From: Ophelia neglecta
Taxonomy: Eukaryota
Assembly: GCA_965285935.1 (NCBI GenBank)
Contig: OZ260663.1
Span: 26,970,001 to 27,034,000 of the forward strand
DNA length: 64,000 nt
Direction: 5' to 3'
Shown here: positions 1-11,767 of the stretch, piece by piece
How the letters are laid out: the number at the start of each line of letters is the position of its first letter
Numbering within the stretch: the first letter of the stretch is position 1
Made by a program: the position numbers and the translations under genes
The notes under the pieces: generated by a model
Databases searched by the model: none
What the model was told of the DNA's origin: nothing
Seen by the model: only the letters and a program-made list of their open reading frames with translations

Positions 1-1380
1 TAATATTACCAAGGAAGAGTGTCGTATCGTCTGCCAACAGCGTTATCTTATATATTCCAGATCCAACTTTGATGCCCTCTATGTTGCCGTTGGCTCTTAT
101 TGAGATTGCGAACAGTTCAACAACTAAAATAAAAAGCAGAGCACTAACGGGGCATCCCTGACGGATGCCTCGGCTCAGTGTAAAGAAGGCAGAGGCAGTG
201 CCGTTATTCATAACACAGCTGTATATGTCGGTATACAATATCCTTATGCACTTGATAAAGCCAAATGAATGCAATGTGGAGAAAAGGGACGACCACCGAA
301 TAGAGTCATATGCTTATTTCAAAGTCAACAAGGGCGATAATGCCGGGAATATTACGTAATCGAGTAAACTGCATTATGTCTGCTATGGTGCGAATGTTTT
401 CAGAGATCAGTCTTTTTTTGTATATATCCAGCTTGGTCAGGACTGACAAGATTTGGGATTACATTTTTTAATCTGTTTGCTAAAACTATAGCAAACAGTT
501 TATAGTCTGTATTCAAGAGACTTACAGGTCGCCAGTTTTTTAAAAGAGTTATATCTTTGTCCTTTTTAGGGAGTAAGTTCAAGACTGCTCTTCTCTGGTC
601 TAGCGACAGATGTCCCTTCCCAAATGACTCAGAAATGCTTTAATGTACCTATCTCATTCCAAAACAACTTTTAGAAGTCGGCGGGGAAACCGACGGTCCC
701 AGGAGACTTGCCATTTGGCATGCCTTTCAGGGCGCTTAAGCACTCTGAAATAGTTATAAGCGAGTCACAGATAATGTGATCTGCGTCACTCAGTTTAGGT
801 ATATTCGTTTGGCCTGAAAACAAACCGCCATCTGTATACCCACCCATGGGATTTTCTGCAAATAGGGTCTCATAGAAAACTTTAATATGTTCAAGAATAT
901 CTTGGGGATCTATCACGCTTCCCTGGTATGTTTCTAATTTGCTAATACGATTTGTCTTTTGATTACGAGCCTCTAAGTTTAGGAAATATTTAGTATTTTG
1001 TTCTCCTTCCCCGGCCCATTGAGCCCTCGCTCTTATTATGGCACCTCAGGCCTTTGTCAAGTGAATGTGGTCTAACTCCGACTGTACTAGACGTTCTTCT
1101 TCGTAAATATTACTGTCGTTAGATGCGCGGGAGTGTAAATCGTGTAATCTCTCATTCAAATATTTTCCCTTTCGCGATATTTTCTAGCTTTTACAGAATC
1201 ACAGCTGATAGTGTCACCTCTCACTTTACATTTGACCAAGTCCCATAATAACTGTTTGTCAGATTCGTGTATTCGTGTAATTCATCTTTATATGCTTCGA
1301 GTTTGATTTTAATGTAATTCACATATTCGGGGTCTGGCAGCATTAAATTTCCAAAAGCCCCTTCCTCTTTCCTGACTGTT
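1..1380 (-). mobile_element. Decayed Tx1/L1-clade non-LTR retrotransposon ORF2 fragment (linker plus RT), running off the window start
   Basis: Frameshifted minus-strand pieces in correct order: GFWKFN (~1350), AIIRARAQWAGEGEQNTKYFLNLE (~970-1040), KGMPNGKSPG, LLPKKDKDITLLKNWRPVSLLNTDYK, DQAGYI, GIRQGCPVSALLFILVVELFA (~110-170), LADDTTLFL (~10-37). Confidence 0.9.
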
Positions 1381-1989
1381 CAGTATGTTTATGGAGTTCT
1401 TTGTACTTACTTCCGGCCCACATTAAGCTTGCAAGCTACGGCAGGAACCTGGAAACATGTCTCTTTTACGATATGCCACGGTATGTTAAACGATTAATCT
1501 AACCCGTATAAATATCGTTAATGGACTAGATCCAGTTTATTTTATTAAACCGTATAACTGTACATTGTCCCATTCTCGATAAATATTAGAATTATTCGCA
1601 CGCCGGCGTGAGTACTGAAAGAATTGATTCTTATAGGTACACCTTCATAGGCATGGTCTGGTCTGAGATAGCCATAATTGTAGGCATGACCGTAGGAGTA
1701 TTTTGACTTGCAACCTGGGGCTTTGATCACGTGGGACTTTCACCTGCAAACATTCACAAGCAGCACCTGCAGCTCCTGCCGCTTGCCAAATAGAAATAGG
1801 CATATCCCAAATCACTACATTAAAAATATGGATTGTTCATACCATAAGAAATAAGCAATTTCCCGTATTCCAATAAAATGAAAGAAGGAATCCCTAGTAA
1901 CGGAAAATTAAACATAACATTTCAAGGCCAGTTTTTATCACGCCCCAGGGGTCCGGAATACCGTTAAGCCCCGCATATCTGACAAAAGC

Positions 1990-4900
1990 GAATACGAATA
2001 CGAATACGAATTTATTGGCTATCCTCCATATACAGGATGGTTAAGCTCTCACACAAGATGAACTGTTAGCTATAAAAATAGCATTAAGCAGAAGGTTTGT
2101 GAAAATGTACATCCGACAATTGAATATCTTTCAATGTATACTTAATGATACTTAAAAATCTCCATTAAATTTACACTTTTCAAATTTACTAGTTGCAAGT
2201 ATAAAGCACAAATATTATAGGCCTAAGTAGGTGTATGGAAGTATAAACAGTAAGTTTCAGTAGCTCCAACTAAATAACGAAAGTGTCGTGCAATCCGATG
2301 TCTTTATCATCTCGTGTCCTTTTTAAACAATAGTAAGTTTCACGTTTAATAGTGTTAGCTTTTCTTAAATAAATAGCCAGATTGTTCAAAATCCGTTGAT
2401 CCTTGCATAGAAAAAGCTCCCTCAATCGGTCTTCACTTGGCTCACTGAAGTAGAAAGGGTCAAGATAAGATTTTCTTAGCTCATCAAATTGCCTACACTC
2501 CAGTATGTAGTGTAACTCCGTGTCCTCCACCCCACAGATTTCACACAATTCGCCATCGATCGGCTGGTCCTTCCAGGTCGCAGTTTCAACACCGATGTAA
2601 CAGTTTCTTAAACGAAATCGACTAATCTCGCTTGCGTTCCTTTCACCCAACCAATACAAATGCCACGCCCCGGTTTTAAACGGGACGTCGAGAACCAAAT
2701 TCCTAAAGAAAACAGACTTGGAGGAACCAAGACATCGGTGATAGCATTCTAACATGCTGTCAATCTCACCTGCTTCCTGAAACAACTTCATGAACATCTT
2801 TTTACTTCCTACGGCTTCCGACAACCAATAGCTACCAAACCCATATTTGAACAAAATGTCCCTGACGCCTAGACACCAACTGCTGTGCCTCTGAGTACGC
2901 ATGCGCCTGAAAACCTTAACAGAGAGTTTGTCCCTAGAATTCGGGTCTACCAAGGAGGCCCAGTACGCCGCAACTCTGCTGTGCCGCTTGAAAGAGAGCG
3001 GGACTATGCCAAGCTCCAAGTAAACCATGTCAGTTTGAGTTGTCTTTTTCAAGTGAAGATGTTTCTTGATAAAAGCCAACTGTACCCTATCAATATCAAT
3101 ACATGGGGTGTGACCCCATAGTTCCGCCCCGTACAACAAAACCGGTTCGACAAAAGTTTCGAAAAGTTTATACTTTTCCGAGATTGGCAGTTTCAGGTAG
3201 TATAACCTCTTTTCCAGTAAATACTGTGATTTGTGTGCCTGTTTGATACACCTATCCTTGGCCTTTTTCCATGCAGTAGTCATAGATAGCGTCACCCCTA
3301 AATACACAAAACTGTCAACATTTTCAAGCAAGTCACCGTTGTAATAGAATTTTTTGTTTGAAATTCTAGTCCCATTACCAAATACCAGTATTTTCGTTTT
3401 TATTTTATTTACAATGAGTGCCCATTCATCACAGAATTTTTTCAATGAGTCCAGACACTCTTGCAGGCCATGCGGGGTATCAGATATCAATACACAATCA
3501 TCGGCAAATAGCAAGAGCAGAATGCCCAACCTATCCCAGACTGCCCCGCCACTTGGCGCCTCTACCAATAACTGTTCCTCCATATCATTGATGAGGAAAG
3601 CGAATAAGAAGGGTGATGCTGATTCGCCTTGCCTCACCCCTAAGTGGCAGATAAAAGGCTCACCGAGTTTCCCCAGGTGCCCTTTAACTACTGAACTGAC
3701 ATTTGTGTACATTGATCGAAAGACAGTGATAATTTTACCTCTCAATCCTGCCTTGATTAACTTGGCCCACACATTTTCATGAACCACTAAATCAAAGGCC
3801 TTTGTAAAGTCAATCATTGCGGTGTAAAGCGGTCTGCCCTGTGTTTTCCACCTCTCTGCAAAAGCGTGCAATACAAATAAATTGTCTGTCACATTGTACC
3901 CTTTCCTGAACCCAGCTTGTCCCTGCACAAACTTGTTGTTTGTCTCGGCCCATTCCGACATGCGGTTACACAAGACTCTGGTAAACACCTTGCTCATGGT
4001 TGACAACAAAGCGATTGGCCTATAATTGTTTGGGTCGTTTAAGCTGCCACGCTTGTGGAGGGGGACAACAACACCTAGGTTCCAGCTTTTCGGGAATACC
4101 CCGGAGTTCAACACATTATTGAAAAGCCTTAACATGCTTGGTCTTAGCAGGTCCAATTCCTTATAAATTTCATTTACCAGTTTGTCAAGACCTGCCGCCT
4201 TGCCAGTTTTTGTTTGACATATGGCTTTTGTCAATTCATTCATAGAGATATCCTGTTCTAATTCTGGAATAATAATATCCCTAGCCTGTTCACTATCCAA
4301 ATACTCTTTAATGTGCTGTTTAACCTGGAAAGAGTCCGCATTTGGGGGCGAATTTACAGATTTAAAGTGATCAGTAAACTCTGGCAAAGTGATATTTGGG
4401 GCCTTTCTTTCCGGAGTCCCTCGATTTTTAATTTTGGACCAGTAACTCTTCAGGTCACTATGTCTGAGCTGAACGATATTTCCACTGACACTAACCCTAT
4501 GCATGCGCATGCAGTAGTTCGACTCGGACTTATAATGTCGCTTCGCACTGAGCATGTTAGCTCTAACCATATCGGTATTTGGACTGTTTGTTTCCACACA
4601 TTCATTGTACTTCCTTCTCCATCTATAGAAGGTATGCCTTCTCTCGAGGCATTCATCAGATTCCCATGCAGGTTTTCTCAGTTGCACATGCAAGTTATTT
4701 TTACTTTTAGGTCTTACTCTCCCAAACTCTTTACCCATGTGCTTTTTGCAAGCTCCCTGTAATAAGTTGGTGTAATTTTCTACTTGCCAGTCAACAGATT
4801 TGTTTTGTTCTACTATTTCGTGAAACCTATAAAGCATAGACCTAACCTCACCCCTCAACCCGTCCACTGATTCCTTATCCCACTTAACTTTCCAGTCTGT

Positions 4901-7273
4901 AACTGGCTCTTCTTCGGTAACACACCTTATGCCTGTTTGTAAATCACATATAACTGGACAGTGGTCAGAATGTACAGTGAGTGGAAGAACCTCGAAATAT
5001 TTCACCCTACACAGGTCACATTCTCTCACAATCATGTAATCGACGACTGGTTTACCCTGAACTGAATCAAACGTGATCTCACCAATCGATCTATCTTTAT
5101 CACAACGTCCATTGCACACTCTCAGTCCAGATCTTATACACAGGTCCTGCAACTTTTTTCCATATGAATTGACAGTGGTGTCCCTAGAAATCCTGGGAAT
5201 TTGAAGATCAGCAGTATAATCCTCCGGTACGGGCACATGCTTGTCGTCATCTCCTTCGATATAGTCCGGAGTTAACCCTAGTCTTGCATTTAAGTCGCCC
5301 GTGACAAAAAAATGATTTTCTGTGTCTATATTTTCATTTTCAAACATTGCCATGTCATCACCAATTGCATCAAATATTACACCTTTTAGATCTCTAATTG
5401 TTGTACTTTCAGGGGGTATATAGCATATACAGAAAAACCACCTATGTATAACACCGTCCCTGTCTGTCTCAGGGCTATCATATTTGAGCCAAATGTATTC
5501 ATCGTGTCTCCGTTTCACCTCGGTGAAACTACTGGCCAGATTGTCCCTAATCATGACACAAATACCCCCAGAGCCCCGTTTGGCTCGATCATGCAACTTT
5601 GGTTTGTTGCATATAAAGGAAGTGTGCCCTTTCAGGGTTAAGTCTTGCGTATCAGTACCCCATGTCTCCTGTAAACAAATCAAATCAATGCCGTCAAGAT
5701 GCTTTAAAAAAGCTCGTTCCGAAGTTTACATTCCACGTGAGTACACGCAACGTACCACCGTTTGAGGTGTCAATTGATCTAGAACTCTGGCCTGGTAACC
5801 GCTATTCACTGTGCGTTTTGTCTTGAGATTCTGCGATATTTATCTGACTGTCTGAAATTGATACGAAGCTATCACTTTGTATATTTACAGTTTGCCTGTT
5901 AGAATCAATTGTACCTACTTCACTGGTCACACTGCCACCACTCCTGTCCTTAATATCTGACACGGATGGTTGATTGACGTTTACAATATCGCCTTCGGTG
6001 CTGACCAGCTGTCTGAAATCATTTGGGCTTATTGGTACAGTTTCAGCTCTTGCAGCTGCCTTCTGATATTGCTGACTCTTCCCCTTTTTAACCTCATTTG
6101 ACTTTTTCATATTGTTTATAATAATGGGCATGTTTCTCCTGCTCTCATTGTTTTCTTTACTTTTATGGGCAACAGGAGAGCGGCTTCTATTTGCTACAAA
6201 TGGGGACCTACGAAAAACCTGGCTTGTAACTCGTGCTGCCCCACCAGCCCCAACTGACCTCAGAGTATTAACCTTTCCACTCCTAGACGCGTACCTCTCT
6301 GTGCATTTCATTCCGTCAACAACTTTATAGTCAAACATGGGCTTGTCCCAATCATTCATAGAATTAACTGCAAGTGAATCTTCACAGACCACACTCTCGT
6401 CATTGCTAGTAGCCAATGAACTCAACTCAACCAAAGTATTACTCTCATCACAAACGTCAACCATTGAAACATCACCAAAATTATCAGTAACGTCCTTCAT
6501 TAAGCAACCAGTCACTTTTTTATCTGAAACCCTAGCAAGAACAGTTGATGTAGTTACAGCCGTTTGGGACTTGCGAGGATGTGGGGTAGAGTGTAACGGA
6601 GCCACACCAAATGAAACTGGTAGTGCCGAGTTTGAGGATCTAGTGGCGTTGGCTGGGTATACAGTATCCATGTATAATTGCGACGTGGAGAAATTTGCAC
6701 TTGCCAATATGCCACTAGCTCCTGCCACCTTGTTTTCGTGTGTATCCAGCAAGGTGGTCTTAACATTAGCACAGTCAGTTCTACGTACGTCATAAGTGGT
6801 GTCGCCATCGACGTCCGATTCCACAACAGCCATCTCCCTCCTGGGTCTCGTCATCCTGTTGTCCTGTGCATCGGTGCGTTTCCTCTTCTTTTCTATCCAT
6901 CCGGATGGTTTCTCAGCTGGTGTTTTGCCATGCTTATTCAGCTCGGAGGCAATGAATGCGTCAAGCGCTCCCATATTGACACCTTTGACGTCGTCAATTA
7001 TTTGGTCGTCTATTCTTCGATCAAAGCCTTCGAAAAACTCGAAGATCACTTCTCCGTTGTACTCCAAAGTAGCCGGGAACAGAAGCTTAATGCCATCGGT
7101 AATCTGCTTCAGGTCGTTGAGTCGTGGAATCAGCAGGGAGCGCGCCATCCTAATAGCCAGTGGGAGGTCTCTGGCTACCCTGTTACTTAGCTGTTGATCT
7201 CTAGCCAAGTCGAACACTCTGAATACTTGTTTTTTGTTCCGTAGCGCCACAATGACAGGTCCTGGCCTCTTTG
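1990..7273 (-). mobile_element. Young, 5'-truncated non-LTR retrotransposon (CR1/L2 group, Daphne/L2-like)
   Basis: ORF1 plus APE-RT ORF2, 3' UTR, AATAAA (2011-2016 on minus) and (GTATTC)3 tail (1990-2007). Possible short TSD AAAGC at 1985-1989 and 7274-7278 (weak). Confidence 0.93.
2270..5801 (-). CDS. LINE ORF2: AP endonuclease + reverse transcriptase + C-terminal Cys/His motif, with one frameshift near 5725
   Basis: 1137 uninterrupted codons (2270-5683) with CLQETW, CYIPP, GDLNAR, VVDY, SDHCP, KAAGLD, NYRPIALLS, QAGFRKG, DFTKAFD, GVRQGESASP, LLFADD, YLGV and CEIC..EDTELHYILEC. Endonuclease motif I (LRVLTWNV) lies upstream in the ORF1 frame at ~5727-5750. Confidence 0.95.
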
Positions 7274-7280
7274 AAAGCAT
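5802..7280 (-). CDS. LINE ORF1 (5'-truncated), with an L1-like RRM/CTD end followed by a long low-complexity tail
   Basis: 492-codon ORF directly upstream of ORF2. The N-terminus RPGPVIVAL...RDLPLAIRMARSLLIP...LLFPATLEYNG resembles the RP.P(I/V)IV / D.P....R..L / L.FP..L...G pattern of L1-type ORF1p. An in-frame stop lies immediately upstream of 7280. Confidence 0.8.
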   Translation of the reverse strand: MLSKRPGPVIVALRNKKQVFRVFDLARDQQLSNRVARDLPLAIRMARSLLIPRLNDLKQITDGIKLLFPATLEYNGEVIFEFFEGFDRRIDDQIIDDVKGVNMGALDAFIASELNKHGKTPAEKPSGWIEKKRKRTDAQDNRMTRPRREMAVVESDVDGDTTYDVRRTDCANVKTTLLDTHENKVAGASGILASANFSTSQLYMDTVYPANATRSSNSALPVSFGVAPLHSTPHPRKSQTAVTTSTVLARVSDKKVTGCLMKDVTDNFGDVSMVDVCDESNTLVELSSLATSNDESVVCEDSLAVNSMNDWDKPMFDYKVVDGMKCTERYASRSGKVNTLRSVGAGGAARVTSQVFRRSPFVANRSRSPVAHKSKENNESRRNMPIIINNMKKSNEVKKGKSQQYQKAAARAETVPISPNDFRQLVSTEGDIVNVNQPSVSDIKDRSGGSVTSEVGTIDSNRQTVNIQSDSFVSISDSQINIAESQDKTHSE

Positions 7281-10200
7281 TCATACTTATATTTGTTCTT
7301 ACGAACAAGTGCCTTGGCGAAACATACATTAATTTAGATTCATACAATTTTCACTACAGTAATGAAACTTTCGCCATCTGGCAAGGTCAGAATTGCATTG
7401 GTCTAAAAACGAGATGGGTCTAGCCTTTACCTGTCCTTATCCCTGAGTTATCCACGCCCAAAACACATTCCTTAACGATTAATATGTTAATACTCTGCAT
7501 AAATTAAGAAAATTATGCTACTTATAGTCAAGGAGGAATTGCTATCGGCTGGTATTGCTAGAAAGGCTTAGTTAATCAAATTGAAGTTTAAATGATATGC
7601 ATACAAAAAATTAAGTGGTAACATATACCGATATTGAGCATCTATTAGAATTATATCATTTTGCAGCTTTGGAAATCTTCATGATTCTGTGTTCACTCTT
7701 CCTCCACCAGGCACTCCAAGTTTCCCGTAGCTTCAGTGGATAAGATTATAATTCTCGGGAAACGTTCAAAGATTTGAACAGACTGAATAGCATGTCTCGG
7801 ACTTGGGCACAAAATCACTCTGAAGAAAACGAACTAGGTTCGCGGACTGCCTTAAAATTGAAATATAATCTCCAGTTTGCTTACGTCTTCCAAACTTCTC
7901 TGCTACGCAATCATCAGCTGTAATATTGCCTTATGCAGTGATCAACGACCGACAGTATTTTATGTAAAACACATAGGTAACGTGGCTACAACCTTAAGGC
8001 TGTAAATATGTTTATTCTTTTTTGCATGGGTCTCTCACAGTGTACCGGTATATAATTTAATCAGTAATAAATCAAAATCAATTCGTAGTGATTTTATTTA
8101 TTTACTAGAAACCATTTTGTCTTAGGAGATAGTGCCTCTAAGTAACACATCTTATCTCAGTTAGACTAGATTGACCCACTAATTGATGCCTATTTTCCTA
8201 ATGTCCAATGCGAATTTGGAAATCCAAAACATTGGCTACTGTTAAACAACAACATTTATTCTATGACACATTGACTGCTAGGTCAATCTATATGCCCTAG
8301 GAGAATAAGACAAACTTATAAAGTGCATTTTTATTGAAATTCAGGCATCAGCTCTATACAAAGATGGGTGAAGAACAGATTTGACCAGTAGACATAGATC
8401 AGTTAAGTCGAGACACTTCGCATCATAGAAGTAATCTTAATTATTGACTCTTTGTCAGACAGAACCTACGTTGAATCAACTGACCGTTTCATCTCATAAT
8501 CAACTTATGTGAAGTCTTTTACGTCCCTATTTTAGATATTGATAAGCGGCAAATGACAAAGCTAGAATTTTAAAAAAGGATAGCATGCACTTGGTATTGT
8601 TTCTTTTGCCTATTATATGCCTAATTTTAAGACCTGACATAAAATCATCTACCTTTAAGGAAGAGGATTCAATTACCTTGATGCGTATGCTCTGCAGGAT
8701 AAAACTCTGTAATCAATTGACTGTTTATGATTGGCTACTGGAGAGTAGGACACGTGTTCTGGCCAATCACATCTGGTCCTTGCGGATCATGGTCCATTAC
8801 ATATACAATATATTGAAATCTTGGTACTTGTGATATGCTTGGCCACTTGGTATAACAACCTGAACAGGCTGCCCAGGCCAAATATTGAAATAAATAAGAA
8901 ATATTTTTTTCAAATGCTAAAATTAAACACAGACTAAACAACGCAATAAGGGTTACATTGCCGTTAAATGTACCTTTAGTGTCTAAATTTTGAGACAGCT
9001 AAGACCATTATAAAAAACTTCGACAGCACGTTTCATGTCTATCCTACGTTTCTCACTGACTCGGTTGTTTTGTGTTCTAACTCGCATCATAGAAAAAGAT
9101 GACGAATTCTCATAGCTACGGATATCAATTTCATGTTCTCTAGTTAATTATTTTCATTGTAAGTTTGTTTACTGTTTGGGATTTGAGGATTGATGTATAA
9201 CAAGGATGCCACAAAGATTATTTTGGTACGAAATCAGGCACTAAAATGTTTCAAATAAGAATTGGCTGCTGTAATTCCACTAGTTGAAAGAGTGAGTTTT
9301 TATATTTGAGCCCCATGGCAACTCTTCAATCTTCTACAGATCTCATTCGGAAGTAAGAATTTCGCATTGATAGAAATGAGGACCGGTGTCAAACTACCTT
9401 TTGTATTTAGACCCCATTAGGTAATAGTCTTGTAATATTTTGCTCATTATACTTAAATTCATCGGTTGAAATATAAATATTTCCATATTTATGGGCTAAG
9501 GTGGTTTATTTTTAAAAAGACGTCACTGGCGCCGATAGTGGTAAGATAAGTCAGCTCTAGCTACTAGGAGCCAACGCGACGTTGATCCCATTCAATCAAA
9601 TGTGTGTGTTTTTTTTTCTTTGGGGAGGGGCGGTGGGGTTGTCGATAAAGCGATATATATTGCGAGGTATCCAATATACTTAGGGTCGAGTAGTTTGGTA
9701 TTGGTTTCTAATGTACTTCCGGCGATGATTTTACTTCCAAGCATTCTCATGAAGATGATTGCCAAGATATTCCATATCCCGGTGATCTTTTAAGAAATTT
9801 CGTACTAACAGCATTGGAGAAAAGAGCCCGGTCACCCGACGGACTAAGCAAATCGACAGCAAGAATGGACAACCAAATGATGCAAAAGGCATAAATTATA
9901 AGAACGAAACTTTAGTGTAATTTGTAAGGCAAAAGAATATTTTTTAGATCCATTATAACTACACTTTACTACTCTTTTATTTAGGAAAAGCACCAAAATT
10001 ATTACATTCAATATTGAATCTCCCTTGATGACACTGTTTTTAAATGTTCATTGTCAATGCAGTGTAGAACTATCAAATGCATTCTTGAGAAATCCAAAGG
10101 AGTTTAACTTAGTTATGTAGGTACATTATTCAGTTATGTTCTAAATGACTCAACATACTAATGTGGTCAAAGAAAAAGTTTTATTCATTTAACATCTTAA

Positions 10201-10612
10201 CATCGTCTCAAACTTAAAAGGCAAGGAAACACGATCTTATAAACCAACTGATACACGCTTACACATTAGCAACTATGATGTATCTATGTGAATTGTATAT
10301 TAGTGTGTGTAAAAAAAAGACGTAGTCTTCTATTTTAGTGATATCATTCCATTGATGCTAATAGTATCCTATTTGATACTTTGACACATTTGTTGAGCAC
10401 TTACAACCTAACAATTATTTCTAAATGTTCACCACTTTAATAGAAGCCAATATTTTCCATTCATCAAATTCGGTAAGCAATTATTATAAATATTCAAATG
10501 ACAACTATACGTTAAAATCTCAAATCTCTGGCACTTACTTCGCTTGATCCCCTGTAGAATAATCAACCAACACATTTAAATGAATAAATGTTCCTTTCAT
10601 AAAATACTCTCT

Positions 10613-11767
10613 TCAGATAGATGTAGTTACAGTTTTTATGGAGACCGTGTGACTGTATCGACGGAACCGGAAACGCCGGAGGGATAGACAACATTCATAT
10701 GATGGCGGTCGGCTGTTTATTATATGAATGAAGGTCGAACGAAATTGACTATTTACAGAGCAATATAGGAAAAAATTGCTTGCAAAGTTAAGAACTTGTA
10801 ACATATTCGTAACTGATCGTGCAAGCATGAAAACTTCTATTCTTCCTGGATCAATATCCGAGTAGATCAGAAAGAAATCCATAAGCTCCGAAGGAAAAAC
10901 CAGAAAGATGAATGCTGTTACTATGGCTATGAGTGTCATAGTTACCCTGTTGCGTGAAGTTGAACCGGCTTCTTTCACGTAACATTGCTTCCGCATTCGA
11001 GAGGAGCGTCTTAGGGCTAGAATCAGAGCGCTGGTGCAAAATATTAGTACGACGGCTGGAATGAATACACTAAATATTATTCTGCACCAGAAAAAGGCCT
11101 TACCCCGAGGCAGGTTATTGTCAATATACCCAATGTCTATCAAGTAAAATGAATTGTTTTCTCCCAAACTTATATTGTTTATTTTAAACTGCCAATACGA
11201 AGGAACATTCATGACAATGCAAATTAAAGTCATTATTATATACGTGTAGGTAGCCACTTTATTCCCTAGTACCATCCTAGAGCGAAGAGGGTGACAGATA
11301 CACAGGTAACGTAGTACCGCCATAGTGACGGTTATCCAGATAGAGATTAGTATGAATGTAGTCACCAATCCGGAGCCATACACCTGGTAGAACAATAGGA
11401 AACTGCGTTCGTTGAACATTGCATGAGTTGACCGAACCAATCCTCGAGGAAACATAGCAATACAAAACAAAATGTCCGACAGTGCTAGGGCTACTAGTCC
11501 AATTTGAGCCCCAGTCTCGTTCAAGGCGTCATTCTGGCGAAAGCGAGATCTCGTTAGGACGACTAGACAGACGACATTTCCCAAACAGCCTAGAATGCAG
11601 ATACCAGGGATTACATAATTAGCCAGTACCTGCTGAACGTCTCTGAGTTTATGCAGGTGCATTCCAGCCGGAAGTTCTGAAGTGTAATTACCGAACAACC
11701 ATCGTCCAAGACTCCCGTTTACCGGAAAGAAAAGATAATTATCGTCTGGAAAGACATTGTCTGCCAT
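10613..11767 (-). CDS. Class A GPCR, FMRFamide/peptide-receptor-like, intronless CDS (384 aa)
   Basis: Seven hydrophobic segments; GN in TM1, LALSD in TM2, LRYLCICHP at the end of TM3, P in TM4/5/6, NFFLY in TM7, FR in helix 8; N-terminal N-glycosylation sequons (NGS, NYT). Confidence 0.93.
   Translation of the reverse strand: MADNVFPDDNYLFFPVNGSLGRWLFGNYTSELPAGMHLHKLRDVQQVLANYVIPGICILGCLGNVVCLVVLTRSRFRQNDALNETGAQIGLVALALSDILFCIAMFPRGLVRSTHAMFNERSFLLFYQVYGSGLVTTFILISIWITVTMAVLRYLCICHPLRSRMVLGNKVATYTYIIMTLICIVMNVPSYWQFKINNISLGENNSFYLIDIGYIDNNLPRGKAFFWCRIIFSVFIPAVVLIFCTSALILALRRSSRMRKQCYVKEAGSTSRNRVTMTLIAIVTAFIFLVFPSELMDFFLIYSDIDPGRIEVFMLARSVTNMLQVLNFASNFFLYCSVNSQFRSTFIHIINSRPPSYECCLSLRRFRFRRYSHTVSIKTVTTSI

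Noticed and set aside
2885-7197. Several plus-strand ORFs of 130-170 aa
   Set aside because: They are antisense shadows of the LINE ORFs with no recognisable motifs.
9525-9595. tRNA/SINE-like A box (GATAGTGGTAAG) and B box (GTTGATCCC)
   Set aside because: No cloverleaf, an imperfect B box, and no second copy in the window.
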